Part shown: in pieces, positions 44,279-54,588 of the stretch | How the letters are laid out: each line of letters starts with the position of its first letter | Position numbering within the stretch: the first letter of the stretch is position 1 | NCBI GenBank assembly: GCA_963796965.1 | Contig: CAWCNS010000004.1 | Span: 1,018,300 to 1,082,299 of the forward strand | Direction: 5' to 3' | Length of the DNA: 64,000 nucleotides | Source of the DNA: Calditrichia bacterium | GTDB lineage: Bacteria; Calditrichota; Calditrichia; JAJRVZ01 | Translations under genes and position numbers: made by a program | Notes under the pieces: generated by a model | Database searches by the model: none | What the model was told of the DNA's origin: nothing | What the model saw: the letters and a program-made list of their open reading frames with translations, nothing else

Positions 44279-44294
44279 TGGCATAGTATTTGTA
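44279..44294 (+). promoter_or_regulatory. Sigma54-like -24/-12 promoter upstream of clpB
   Basis: TGGCATA-gtat-TTGTA versus consensus TGGCAYR-N4-TTGCW, one mismatch at -12. Confidence 0.4.
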
Positions 44295-44515
44295 CATATT
44301 AATTTCAAAAATTAACTGTCATTTTTAAGGGAAATGGTAGTTTTCTGAATAAATAATAGAATGAGGCTATGCAAAAGAACGAAAGGGTATAGGGTTGAAA
44401 TTCTAACCACTATCCAATTAACCACAGTAATTCCTTAGAATTACTAATTAAAAACTTTGCGCTCTTTGCGTCTTCTTCGCGTCTTTGCGTTTAAGAAGAA
44501 AAGAAAGGATAAATA

Positions 44516-47128
44516 ATGACATTAGATAAATTAACATTAAAAGCCCAGGATGCGATTGGTCATGCTAAAGAAATTGCATCTGAATATGCACAACAACAAA
44601 TTGAGTTGGCTCATCTCCTTTTAGCCCTGATTAAGGATTCTGAAGGATTAGTGCCTACTGTTTTGAAAAAAATTGGTTTAAATATGCAGGTTATAGAGAC
44701 CAGTCTGACCCACGAGATTGAACGGCTACCAAAGATACAGGGTGGAAACATTGGACAGATCTATCTCTCAAATCAGAGTCAGAAAATGCTCACCCGGGCT
44801 ATGAAATATGCAAAAGATCTGAAAGATGATTATATCAGCACAGAACATATTCTATTGGCCATCGTTGCTGATAAAGAAGATCAGACTTCCAAAATATTAA
44901 GGGAAATGGGTGTCTCTGAAGACGCCATTCTCAAAATATTACAGGAAGTAAGGGGAAGCCAACGGGTAACAGATCAGACACCGGAAGACAAATATGAGGC
45001 TCTTAAGAAATATGGGCGTGATCTTAATGAATTGGCAGCTCTTGGCAAACTCGATCCGGTCATTGGTCGGGACGATGAGATTAGACGTGTCCTGCAGGTC
45101 CTCTCAAGAAGAACAAAAAACAATCCGGTATTAATAGGAGAACCGGGTGTGGGAAAAACAGCCATTGCAGAGGGTCTGGCGCATCGCATTATAGATGGTG
45201 ATGTTCCGGAAAATCTGAAAACAAAAAGGATTGTATCCCTTGATATGGGTTCTCTAATTGCTGGTGCAAAGTTCCGGGGGGAATTTGAGGAACGTCTGAA
45301 GGCAGTTCTGAAAGAAGTCACGGATGCCGAAGGTGAAGTTATATTATTTATTGATGAGCTGCATACGCTTGTGGGTGCTGGTGCGGCAGAAGGATCGATC
45401 GATGCTTCAAATATGTTGAAACCAGCCCTGGCACGGGGAGAATTACGTGCTATCGGGGCCACAACCCTGGACGAATATCGAAAGTATATTGAAAAGGATG
45501 CGGCTCTGGAACGTCGTTTCCAACCCGTAATTATTGATGAACCCTCGGTGGAAGACACCATTTCGATTCTGAGAGGACTAAAAGAAAAATATGAAGTTCA
45601 TCATGGTGTCAGAATTCAGGATGCCTCTCTGGTGGCAGCAGCAACATTATCCTATCGTTATATATCGGATAGATTCTTACCGGATAAGGCCATCGATCTC
45701 ATCGATGAAGCGGCATCACGTTTGCGTATTGAAATTGATTCTATGCCGGAAGAGTTGGATGAAGTGGAGCGGAAGATTCAGCAATTGGAAATTGAACAGG
45801 TAGCTTTGAAAAAGGAAAAAGATGAAGCCTCAAAAAATCGTTTACAAAATGTAAAAGAGGAAATTGCGAATTTCAAAGTTACACGTGATGAACTCGCCGC
45901 TCACTGGAAATCTGAGAAGGATAATATTCAGAAAATCAGAGAAATAAAAGCTACAATAGATCAGGGAAAGGCAGACATCGAAAAAAGTGAACGTGAAGGA
46001 GATTTAAATAGAGTCGCTGAATTACGCTATGGTACAATTCCTGAACTGGAAAACAAGTTAAAGATTGAAAATTCTAAGTTGTTAAAATTACAGAAAAATC
46101 TTCAGATGCTTAAAGAGGAGGTGGAAGAGGAAGATATGGCTGACATTGTGGCCCGTTGGACTGGCATTCCCGTTTCGAAGATGCTCGAGAGTGAAAAGGA
46201 AAAACTTCTTCAAATGGAAGATCGATTGGGCGATCGGGTAATTGGCCAGCAAGATGCAGTGGTTGCGGTCTCTGATGCTATCCGGCGCTCCAGGGCAGGG
46301 TTGAGTGACGAGAACCGGCCAATTGGATCTTTCATATTTCTTGGATCAACAGGTGTAGGTAAAACAGAATTAGCCCGTGCATTAGCAGAATTTCTATTTG
46401 ATGATGAGAATGCAATCGTGCGTATAGATATGTCTGAATATACAGAACGTCATTCCATATCCCGGCTCATCGGCTCCCCTCCCGGCTATGTGGGCTATGA
46501 AGAAGGAGGGCAATTAACGGAAGCGGTCAGGCGACATCCCTATTCGGTGGTCTTGCTTGATGAAATAGAAAAGGCCCATCCGGAAGTATTTAATTTGCTC
46601 CTACAGGTGCTTGATGATGGTCGATTAACTGACAATAAAGGTCGGACAGTAAATTTTAAAAATACGATCATTATCATGACATCAAATATTGGGGCTCCCC
46701 ATATTATGGAGAAATCACAAAGTATTACAGATGAAAATCGTGAACAGATACATGAATCAATCAAAATGGAGGTTATGGAATTATTACGACAGCAATTAAG
46801 ACCGGAGTTTTATAACCGTATTGATGATATAATCGTTTTCCATGCGCTCACTAAGGATGAGATTGCTGAAATTGTTACCCTGCAATTTGAATTGATTAAA
46901 AATAAATTACTTCAGCAAGGAATAATGATTTCTCTGACGGAAAATGCCAAAGAGTACCTTGCACGACATGGTTTTCAACCTGAATTTGGGGCGAGACCTA
47001 TTAAAAGGCTGATTCAGAAAGAAGTAATTAACGAATTGGCTAAAAAAATACTTGAAGGTAAAATTAACAAAAACAGCAAGATAAAAATTGATTTCATTGG
47101 CGGGGATCTTGTGTTTGAAAATAAATAA
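44516..47128 (+). CDS. clpB: ATP-dependent chaperone ClpB
   Basis: Two AAA+ modules ([17 protein letters not shown]), long coiled-coil M domain, [11 protein letters not shown]. Confidence 0.97.
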   Translation: MTLDKLTLKAQDAIGHAKEIASEYAQQQIELAHLLLALIKDSEGLVPTVLKKIGLNMQVIETSLTHEIERLPKIQGGNIGQIYLSNQSQKMLTRAMKYAKDLKDDYISTEHILLAIVADKEDQTSKILREMGVSEDAILKILQEVRGSQRVTDQTPEDKYEALKKYGRDLNELAALGKLDPVIGRDDEIRRVLQVLSRRTKNNPVLIGEPGVGKTAIAEGLAHRIIDGDVPENLKTKRIVSLDMGSLIAGAKFRGEFEERLKAVLKEVTDAEGEVILFIDELHTLVGAGAAEGSIDASNMLKPALARGELRAIGATTLDEYRKYIEKDAALERRFQPVIIDEPSVEDTISILRGLKEKYEVHHGVRIQDASLVAAATLSYRYISDRFLPDKAIDLIDEAASRLRIEIDSMPEELDEVERKIQQLEIEQVALKKEKDEASKNRLQNVKEEIANFKVTRDELAAHWKSEKDNIQKIREIKATIDQGKADIEKSEREGDLNRVAELRYGTIPELENKLKIENSKLLKLQKNLQMLKEEVEEEDMADIVARWTGIPVSKMLESEKEKLLQMEDRLGDRVIGQQDAVVAVSDAIRRSRAGLSDENRPIGSFIFLGSTGVGKTELARALAEFLFDDENAIVRIDMSEYTERHSISRLIGSPPGYVGYEEGGQLTEAVRRHPYSVVLLDEIEKAHPEVFNLLLQVLDDGRLTDNKGRTVNFKNTIIIMTSNIGAPHIMEKSQSITDENREQIHESIKMEVMELLRQQLRPEFYNRIDDIIVFHALTKDEIAEIVTLQFELIKNKLLQQGIMISLTENAKEYLARHGFQPEFGARPIKRLIQKEVINELAKKILEGKINKNSKIKIDFIGGDLVFENK

Positions 47129-47167
47129 TATTTTCCAAAGGAGTCTTTAGGACAATGTTCAATGATA

Positions 47168-47215
47168 TGAAACGTGAAAGGTGAAATGTCAAACGTCAAA
47201 CGTCAAACGTGAAAC
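47168..47215. repeat. Degenerate heptamer tandem repeat (aacgtca)n
   Basis: tgaaacgtgaaaggtgaaatgtcaaacgtcaaacgtcaaacgtgaaac. Confidence 0.75.
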
Positions 47216-47245
47216 ACCATATTCGTAATGATTTGTCCGCGACAT

Positions 47246-47396
47246 GTAGTGGCGCATGGCAATGCGCCAAGGGATACAGGTAACCGAAAACATAGGGGCG
47301 CAGGCTGAAAACCGGAGACCGATGAATGATGCATAATGTAGGGGCAGACCCATGCTGGAGCAAAGTGGAAGTCCCGTTTAATCGGGATGTCTGCCC
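47246..47396 (+). repeat. Cluster of GTAG-type REP palindromes
   Basis: gtagtggcgcatggcaatgcgcc; gtaggggcagacccatg[33-bp insert]tgtctgccc. Confidence 0.75.
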
Positions 47397-47630
47397 TAGT
47401 GCGTTTTATGTGTGAATGATTGTTGAATTATTTGTATTTTACCCTTAAGAATTCCAAATAACGAATAGCGAGTAAAATTCGGATTTATTTGTCGAATTTG
47501 TGGAGGAGATATGTGGGAATTTAACCCGCCAATAGAACACAGTGCCCAAAACCCGGTACCTAATTATTTTTTTGCATCTTTTTGTAAATAACGGCATCAA
47601 AGATTATAACTAAATGAATATGAGGCTAAT

Positions 47631-48071
47631 GTGAAATTTACTATTCTTGTTTCTATATTAACAGTTCTGCTCTTGGCGGCTTACTTTCTGACCTCAAATG
47701 GACAGGATAGTGAAAAGGCTGAACTTTCCGTAGAACAGGTCTATGAAAAATCTAATAACGATTCAACGGTTCTTCTTCTGGATGTGAGAACAGAACCGGA
47801 ATTTGATGGAGAATTAGGTCATGTACCAGGTTCCATATTGATTACACTCTCTGAATTAGAAGCAAGATTAGAAGAACTCGAACCATATAAAGAGCATGAA
47901 ATTTTAGTAATATGCCGTAGTGGGAATCGCAGTGGGCGGGCTACCAAAGTACTGAGAGAGAATGGTTATAATGCTTTAAATATGGTTGGAGGTATGCGGG
48001 CCTGGAATAAAATGATAGAATCTATTGAAATTGACTCAACAGGGAATCAAAATGAAACAATTACTAAATAA
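47631..48071 (+). CDS. Rhodanese-like domain protein with signal/anchor
   Basis: LLDVRTEPEF..GHVPGS, active loop CRSGNRS, GGMRAW. Confidence 0.9.
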   Translation: MKFTILVSILTVLLLAAYFLTSNGQDSEKAELSVEQVYEKSNNDSTVLLLDVRTEPEFDGELGHVPGSILITLSELEARLEELEPYKEHEILVICRSGNRSGRATKVLRENGYNALNMVGGMRAWNKMIESIEIDSTGNQNETITK

Positions 48072-48264
48072 ACGATTAACAAAATTTGCCGCATTTATAT
48101 TTTTGGGCGGCGCAGGCGGTTTTGCCTATTATTATTTTATAGGCTGTCAGGGGGGCACCTGTCCCATCACCAGTAACCCTTACATCAGTACAAGTTATGG
48201 TATGATGGTGGGATTATTGCTGTCATTTGACTCAAAAAAGAAAAAGAACAAGGAAGATAACTAA
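48052..48264 (+). CDS. Small membrane protein, DUF6132-like
   Basis: GG.GGFAYYYFIGCQGGTCPITSNP motif. Confidence 0.75.
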   Translation: MKQLLNKRLTKFAAFIFLGGAGGFAYYYFIGCQGGTCPITSNPYISTSYGMMVGLLLSFDSKKKKNKEDN

Positions 48265-48659
48265 TGAATTCAGCTCTTTATGTAGTTTTTGCGATTGTGG
48301 GATTTTTTGTATTTCTACGTTTAGTGGCATGGTTTAATGGCAGAATGAAAAAGGGAAAAGCCATTCAACCTTTTTCCGGTGAAATAAGCCGAAAAATTCA
48401 ATCCGGTGAAAAATTGTTACTCTATTTTTATTCACCTTCTTGTGGGGCCTGCAAAGCGATGACCCCCGTTATTGACGACATGAAAAAGAATAATAAAAAT
48501 GTATACAAAATAAATCTGGCCAAAGAGAGTGAGCGCAAAATTGGCCAGATCTTTGGTGTTATGGGGACACCGGCAACGGTTCTTGTTGATGACTCCAAGA
48601 TTGATCAATTTATTTTGGGTGCCAAATCAAAGAATTTTCTGACCAGTCTTCCTGTGTAG
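48264..48659 (+). CDS. Membrane-anchored thioredoxin family protein
   Basis: N-terminal TM, FYSPSCGACKAMTP, cis-Pro GTP. Confidence 0.85.
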   Translation: MNSALYVVFAIVGFFVFLRLVAWFNGRMKKGKAIQPFSGEISRKIQSGEKLLLYFYSPSCGACKAMTPVIDDMKKNNKNVYKINLAKESERKIGQIFGVMGTPATVLVDDSKIDQFILGAKSKNFLTSLPV

Positions 48660-48665
48660 AAAAGA

Positions 48666-48869
48666 TCCACGAATTATACGGATTTTTTCGAATTACACGA
48701 ATTCAAAGAAAAATTTTAATAGTTAACGTAATCAATCGACTAGTATTAAAGTAATATTATATCAAATAATCTTAATATTTATGATCCAATGGAACAAAGA
48801 CTGATATAATTAATAAAATATTCTGAAGAATAATTGGTGAAATTCGAAGAAATTCGAGTAATTCGTGGA
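48666..48869. repeat. Intergenic inverted-repeat element (ccacgaatt...aattcgtgga)
   Basis: tccacgaattatacggattttttcgaattacacgaatt versus aattggtgaaattcgaagaaattcgagtaattcgtgga. Confidence 0.75.
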
Positions 48870-48894
48870 AAAAAATAATCTGAGGAGAATAATA

Positions 48895-49281
48895 ATGTCA
48901 TACACCTATGGAAAAGAAGTCGATCTCTCGTATGAGGATGCTCTGGAGAAAGCCGTTGAGGAGTTACAAAAAGAAGGATTCGGTGTTCTTACGGAGATTG
49001 ATGTTAAAGCAACATTAAAGAAAAAACTCGATGTGGATTTTAATAAATATAAAATTTTAGGTGCCTGTAATCCGGCTCTCGCTTACCAGGCATTGAGTGC
49101 TGAAATGGAAATCGGGGGCCTGCTTCCCTGCAATGTGATTGTTTATGATAAGGGAGAAGGAAAAACAGTTGTTTCAGCAATAGATGCAAAGGCCATGCTG
49201 GGAGTGGTTGGACGAGATGATATATCGCCCATTGCTGATCAGGTGAATGAAAAGTTGAAAAGAGTAATTGATAATATTTAG
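48895..49281 (+). CDS. DUF302 domain protein
   Basis: GFGVLTEIDVKATLKKKL, ILGACNP, LLPCNVIV; GAGGAG RBS before ATG 48895. Confidence 0.9.
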   Translation: MSYTYGKEVDLSYEDALEKAVEELQKEGFGVLTEIDVKATLKKKLDVDFNKYKILGACNPALAYQALSAEMEIGGLLPCNVIVYDKGEGKTVVSAIDAKAMLGVVGRDDISPIADQVNEKLKRVIDNI

Positions 49282-49304
49282 AAATTTTTAGGAGTTATAT
49301 TAAA

Positions 49305-49514
49305 ATGCCAATATTTGAATTTAAATGCAAAAACTGTGACCAGGTGTTTGAAGAATTTTTGTTTTCTTCCAACACCGAATCAGCCACCATTGTTTGCCCC
49401 AAATGTGGCTCGGAGAATGCAGACAAATTGATGTCAGGTTTCAGCTCTTCCGCGGGTAGTGGTGTTTCACTTGGTTCAGGTGCAGCTTCATGTGGATCCT
49501 CTGGCTTTGGCTGA
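49305..49514 (+). CDS. FmdB family zinc-ribbon protein
   Basis: MPIFEFKCKNC...FE...CPKCGS...KLMS. Confidence 0.9.
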   Translation: MPIFEFKCKNCDQVFEEFLFSSNTESATIVCPKCGSENADKLMSGFSSSAGSGVSLGSGAASCGSSGFG

Positions 49515-49549
49515 GGTATTTAAACGGAACCGTGTGTTCCAGTGATTAT

Positions 49550-49577
49550 GCCCGGATTTATTCCGGGCTTTTTTTTT
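49550..49577 (+). terminator. Rho-independent terminator
   Basis: gcccgga-tttat-tccgggc followed by T9. Confidence 0.8.
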
Positions 49578-49705
49578 GGTTTCAATTATATTAATTTAGC
49601 ATACCGTAATAGTAGTTATCTCACGCAGCGTCGCAAAGCCGCAACGATAATAATATTAGTATTTGCATGCAATAGTTATTATTCTTTATTATTTATAAAA
49701 ACATC

Positions 49706-50674
49706 ATGCGTAAATCACCTGAAAAAATATCCACTACCTCCAAAGCCACAAAGCCCAAAGATCAATTAGAAGAGAGTTTGAACCGGATAGTATCACAAAA
49801 ACGCATTGATATCAACTTCAAATTAAAGAAAACATTTCATTCTTTGATTAATTCCGATATTAAGCAAAAACTAGATTCACTCAGAGATGATGATAAGGAT
49901 GATTCAGTTAACCTTTTTCTACTTTCCGTTATATCAGATCTTCTTGAAAAAAAAGATAACGTGCAGAACGAACTCTTTCAGATTACCGAAGCATACGAAG
50001 ATGTGGTTGGGTTGATTACGCATGAATTTAAAAATATTCTCACTTCTGTTCATGGCTACAATATGATGATGGAAAGAGAAGTTGAAGCATTAGACAATCA
50101 AAACCTGATGGAGATATTAAAGTCAAGCGACCGGTTGACACATCAATTATTTGATATGTCTGACTCTCTCTTAAAAATGTCATTAGGAGAAAAAGGGTTG
50201 CTCAATCCGGAATACAAGTTAATAAACTTTGTAGAAGATTTGTATGGTCCCATTCTGAAAGATATTCAGGGAACTCTAAAAGATAAAAACATGAAAACAG
50301 TCATCAACCAACCCTCAGGTGATATAATAATTGAGGGCGATGATGGTTTGCTTGATATCGTCATGCGTAATTTGTTGATTAATGCGATACGGTATGGTAA
50401 AAATGGTTCGGATATTATAGTATCTATAGAGAGAGTGAAGAAAGATTGTAAATTGATGGTTCGGAATGAATGTGAAAAAATACCGAAAAACTTTTGTAAT
50501 AACATATTTCAAAAATTCACCAAAAAAAAAGTTGGGACAGTTAAGGGTGGAACGGGATTAGGTCTTTACAACGTAAAGAAGATCATTGATCTTCATCACG
50601 GTACGGTCAAATGTATGGTTAAAAATAAGAGATGGATTGAGTTTGAAATTATCTTGCCACAGAACATTATTTAA
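49706..50674 (+). CDS. Cytoplasmic histidine kinase (HisKA + HATPase)
   Basis: H-box ITHEFKNILTS, N-box RNLLINAIRYG, G-box GTGLGL; no TM segment seen. Confidence 0.88.
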   Translation: MRKSPEKISTTSKATKPKDQLEESLNRIVSQKRIDINFKLKKTFHSLINSDIKQKLDSLRDDDKDDSVNLFLLSVISDLLEKKDNVQNELFQITEAYEDVVGLITHEFKNILTSVHGYNMMMEREVEALDNQNLMEILKSSDRLTHQLFDMSDSLLKMSLGEKGLLNPEYKLINFVEDLYGPILKDIQGTLKDKNMKTVINQPSGDIIIEGDDGLLDIVMRNLLINAIRYGKNGSDIIVSIERVKKDCKLMVRNECEKIPKNFCNNIFQKFTKKKVGTVKGGTGLGLYNVKKIIDLHHGTVKCMVKNKRWIEFEIILPQNII

Positions 50675-50844
50675 GAGCAATTGATAATTAAGAATTTATA
50701 AATATGAATGGGTTCTGGACCCTTGGTTCTCGGTACTGGGCTCTTGCTGCTCGGTTTAAGGTTCTGGAAGATTTGTGAACTTGATTTATCATTCTGAACA
50801 TGTGAAAAAGACTTGACAGACATGATCCATGGACGCAACTTTAT

Positions 50845-50881
50845 TACCCAGTACCCAGTACCCAGTACCCAGTACCCAGTA
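50845..50881. repeat. Perfect heptamer tandem repeat (tacccag)x5
   Basis: tacccagtacccagtacccagtacccagtacccagta immediately before an AAGGAG RBS. Confidence 0.9.
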
Positions 50882-50896
50882 TAAAGGAGAAATATT

Positions 50897-52060
50897 ATGG
50901 GCTATGTAAGTAGTAGATCACCTTTAACATTGTTAACGGAAGAAGAAAAATATTTCTCTGATATGATCCTCGATTTTGCAAGAAAAAGAATTAAACCACT
51001 GGTCAGGGAAATGGATGATGCGTCCTGTATTGATCCGGGACTTATACCGCAATTATTTCAAATGGGTTTAATGAGTATTGAGATTCCGGATAAATATGGT
51101 GGATCCGACACCCCATTTTTTATGTCTATCCTCGCTATTGAAGGATTGAGTTCAGTGGATCCTTCAGTGGCGGTGGTGGTGGATGTGCAAAATACGTTGG
51201 TTAATAATGCTTTCCTGCGTTGGGGCAGCGAAGATCTAAAGACGAAATACTTTCCCCAATTGGCTTCTGAGAAAATTGGCGCCTATGCCTTATCTGAAAG
51301 TGGATCCGGTAGCGATGCATTTGCCCTGACCACTAAAGCCGTTGAGGATGGGAATGATTTTGTACTGACCGGGCAGAAAATGTGGATTACAAATGGAAGT
51401 GAAGCAGAAATTTTTATCATCTTTGCCAATGTTAATCCAGAAGAAGGTTACAAGGGAATTACAGCATTTATCGTCGAAAAGAATTTTGATGGATTTAAGA
51501 TAGGTAAAAAAGAGGACAAATTGGGGATAAGGGCCTCAAGTACCTGTGAATTAATTTTAGAGAATTGTCGTGTTCCGAAAGAAAATATTTTAGGAGAAGT
51601 TGGTAAAGGATATAAAGTCGCCATTGAAACATTGAATGAGGGACGGATAGGTATTGGTGCGCAAATGGTGGGTTTGGCTCAGGGCGTTTTTGATTATGGA
51701 TTACAGTATACAAAGGAGCGTGAGCAATTTGGAAAACCCATCTCAAGTTTTCAGGGTCTTCAATTTCAATTGGCACAAGCTGCTACAGAGTTAGAGGCAG
51801 CCCGTTTAATGGTCTACAATGCCGCCCGTCTCAAAGAGGCTGGGAAAAGTTTTGTAAAAGAGTCGGCCATGGCAAAATTATACTCCTCTCAATTGGCCCA
51901 AAAAATTGCTTCTTTGATGGTTGAAGTCCTGGGTGGTTACGGATTTACACGCGAATATCCGGTGGAAAAATTTTACCGGGATTGTAAAATTGGTACCATT
52001 TATGAGGGTACGTCTAATATGCAATTGCAGACAATTGCGAAGGCCTTGTTGAAAGATTAA
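50897..52060 (+). CDS. Acyl-CoA dehydrogenase (short/branched-chain type)
   Basis: YALSESGSGSDAFAL, KMWITNG, KLGIRASST, REQFGKPI, IYEGTSNMQ. Confidence 0.93.
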   Translation: MGYVSSRSPLTLLTEEEKYFSDMILDFARKRIKPLVREMDDASCIDPGLIPQLFQMGLMSIEIPDKYGGSDTPFFMSILAIEGLSSVDPSVAVVVDVQNTLVNNAFLRWGSEDLKTKYFPQLASEKIGAYALSESGSGSDAFALTTKAVEDGNDFVLTGQKMWITNGSEAEIFIIFANVNPEEGYKGITAFIVEKNFDGFKIGKKEDKLGIRASSTCELILENCRVPKENILGEVGKGYKVAIETLNEGRIGIGAQMVGLAQGVFDYGLQYTKEREQFGKPISSFQGLQFQLAQAATELEAARLMVYNAARLKEAGKSFVKESAMAKLYSSQLAQKIASLMVEVLGGYGFTREYPVEKFYRDCKIGTIYEGTSNMQLQTIAKALLKD

Positions 52061-52506
52061 GTATTGATCCATCAAGTAATTTCCTCTCGCTAAGGCGAAG
52101 AGACAAAGAATTAGTGGAGAGAGGAGCGTAAAGCGTAGAGGGTAGAGGGTAAAGAGTAGGGGCAGAACGCATCGAAGATCCCGTTCCGGAACAGAATGAC
52201 AAATGCTGAGGTACAGGTGAACAATAATGATTCGTGTCCATCTTTGCCTGATCCGGCGAAGACGGATACTTTGTGGATAAAACTTTGCACCTTCCTTTAT
52301 ATTGACTAATATGTTACAGGTCCGATGAAACTGATAAAATCGTCTGTAAAATATTTATAAAATAATTCGTGAAATTCGTTGTTATTTGTGGAATTCGTGG
52401 AAAAGATACTGCGTCCCTGCGAGAAATCAGTACTTTCATTTTTTACTGAAGATTCGGTATAAGATAGTAATATTGTGATTCGAGATTGCGGTTATAAGTT
52501 CTGTTC

Positions 52507-53913
52507 TCAATTAAATTTGGGTTTAAATTGCCAGGAGGCATTTTGTTTCTGCAGATCGTCTGCCAATTGCCAGTGATAGGTGTATTCCCGGTCTTTCAGT
52601 TTTCTGATAGCCTCAATCTGATCAGAGGAGAGCCATTCCACATCTAAACGGGAATCGACGATTTCAGGATTTATCCATACCGGATTCACCCGTGCGGCTT
52701 CTAAAGACATGAGGATCATATCTTTTTCGCCATCCACTCTTTCTTTCAGCGCGTTGTAAAATTCCTTTTCATCATAGTAAGAATGATCGGTTATATCCTC
52801 TGCGTTTTGTATTGATACATCATTCATTTCAAGGTGGGTCAGAACGTCATGTGTTATTAAAAATTCCGATTCAACATAGACCTTCTGGTTAAAAACATTT
52901 TGTAGAAAAAAGAGGAAGACAAAAGTTATAAGACCGGCAATGATCGGTGTTGTAACCCATCCCATCGCAATTTCGCCAAGTACATGAAATCGGATCTGAC
53001 GAAGATTTTTAACAAGGCCTATGCCGATAACGGCACCTACAACAGCCTGCGAACTGCTGACAGGAACGAGGGGGATCGCCGGAAGGCCATGTGAGAGTAA
53101 CCAGGTCTCCAATCCTTCAGACGAAAAGATAAACAGGACAATTGATTCTGCCAGAACGACAATAAAGGCTGTTACCGGTGATAACCGGATAATGCTTGAA
53201 CCAACCGTATCCATGACCTTATAGGAATAAGTGACTATTCCAACAGCGATTGAAATGCCTCCAAAAAGAAAAAGTATCTGGGCCCCCGATAAGGTGAATA
53301 GTCCGAATATATTGAGGGGATCGAAAGGTTGGGCTGAAACAAAAACGCCCATTACATTGGCAATATTATTTGCTCCGAGGCTGTAGGCGCCAAAGGCGCC
53401 AATCACGATGAGACCGATTCGGGTTCGATAATCCTCAGCAAAAAGATTTATTTTAACCTTAGTGCGGATCCAGCGGGTAAAAATGTATAAAACCATTGCG
53501 ATTGCAGCCGCAAGGAGAGGACAAAGAACCCAGGTCATCACAATCTTTGTGAGAGAATTTGTATCGGTTAGCATGCTGGCATAAAAATTCCAGCCAATTA
53601 TTGAGCCAACAATCGCCTGTGAGGTAGAAACGGGGATTTTATATCTGGTCATCAGAAATACGGTAAATCCCGCTGAGAAAGCAACCATAAAGGCACCTGC
53701 CAGAGCATTGACGCTTCCCAATTTTCCCAGGGTATGTGTGGCCCCGGCGCCGCCAATAACAGCTCCCAGAATAACAAAAATACCCGCCGTATAGGCGGCG
53801 ACTTTAAAGCGAATCATTTTTGTGCTTACAGCGGTACCAAAAATATTAGCTGCGTCATTTGCGCCGAGAGACCAGCCCAGAAATAAACCACTGGATAGAA
53901 AGATAAATATCAT
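52507..53913 (-). CDS. PiT family inorganic phosphate transporter with soluble C-terminal extension
   Basis: GANDAAN, PVSTSQ, GANNIAN, PVSSSQ signature repeats. Confidence 0.92.
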   Translation of the reverse strand: MIFIFLSSGLFLGWSLGANDAANIFGTAVSTKMIRFKVAAYTAGIFVILGAVIGGAGATHTLGKLGSVNALAGAFMVAFSAGFTVFLMTRYKIPVSTSQAIVGSIIGWNFYASMLTDTNSLTKIVMTWVLCPLLAAAIAMVLYIFTRWIRTKVKINLFAEDYRTRIGLIVIGAFGAYSLGANNIANVMGVFVSAQPFDPLNIFGLFTLSGAQILFLFGGISIAVGIVTYSYKVMDTVGSSIIRLSPVTAFIVVLAESIVLFIFSSEGLETWLLSHGLPAIPLVPVSSSQAVVGAVIGIGLVKNLRQIRFHVLGEIAMGWVTTPIIAGLITFVFLFFLQNVFNQKVYVESEFLITHDVLTHLEMNDVSIQNAEDITDHSYYDEKEFYNALKERVDGEKDMILMSLEAARVNPVWINPEIVDSRLDVEWLSSDQIEAIRKLKDREYTYHWQLADDLQKQNASWQFKPKFN

Positions 53914-53930
53914 ACCTAATCCGGTTGATT

Positions 53931-54578
53931 TTAGATGCTTCTTTTAATGGCGTAGATGGAAAGCCGATCGGCAACTTTTTCAGCTTCATCAGATATATTT
54001 TCAATATGTAACGCAAAATAACGAAGATGCATTTTTTGACATAATTCAAGATCATCACGTCTGAAAACATTACGTTTGATACGATCACTGACAACATCGA
54101 CTTCTTTTTCATAGAAATAAACTTTATGGCTGTAGTCGCTAACCATCCTCACATCTTTGAAAAAAGCCCGGGTTGCTTTTACGATCTGCTCGGAGGCCTG
54201 CACATTCAGATCTGTCAATGTTTTATAATCATCGGACAAATCATCAGGTATAAAGGGTCTTTCGACCGCAAACTGTGTCAAAGTTTTTTTTGCAGTGTCG
54301 ATCAGGTTATCAATACTTTCCAATAAACCAAGTACATCACCACGGTGCTCAGGAATTAAGGAATGAGAGTAGAGATCATTCTCGATTTTTCGACGCAACA
54401 TGTCAGCTGTACTTTCCAGATTGTCGATAGTCTTAAGACGGCTCTCAAAATTTACTTCATCCTTATCCAGATAGTTATTAACACCCATCTGAAATATTAA
54501 GACACCTTGTGAGATTTTATCAAGATATTCATCAACAGAGGCTTGAAGGACTTTGGAACTTCTAAATAATATAGCCAT
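53931..54578 (-). CDS. DUF47 family phosphate transport regulator (PhoU-like)
   Basis: LESTADMLRRKIE, EKEVDVV, ISDEAEKVAD; adjacent to PiT. Confidence 0.88.
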   Translation of the reverse strand: MAILFRSSKVLQASVDEYLDKISQGVLIFQMGVNNYLDKDEVNFESRLKTIDNLESTADMLRRKIENDLYSHSLIPEHRGDVLGLLESIDNLIDTAKKTLTQFAVERPFIPDDLSDDYKTLTDLNVQASEQIVKATRAFFKDVRMVSDYSHKVYFYEKEVDVVSDRIKRNVFRRDDLELCQKMHLRYFALHIENISDEAEKVADRLSIYAIKRSI

Positions 54579-54588
54579 AGGTCTACCT

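Noticed and set aside
44260..44515. CIRCE/HrcA operator upstream of clpB
   Set aside because: TTAGCACTC-N9-GAGTGCTAA was not found.
49542..49769. ORFs lying in repeat-filled intergenic DNA (also 52014-52241, 55163-55623, 62506-62796)
   Set aside because: They translate terminators, REPs and heptamer tracts (e.g. LYPLPSTLY); no coding signature.
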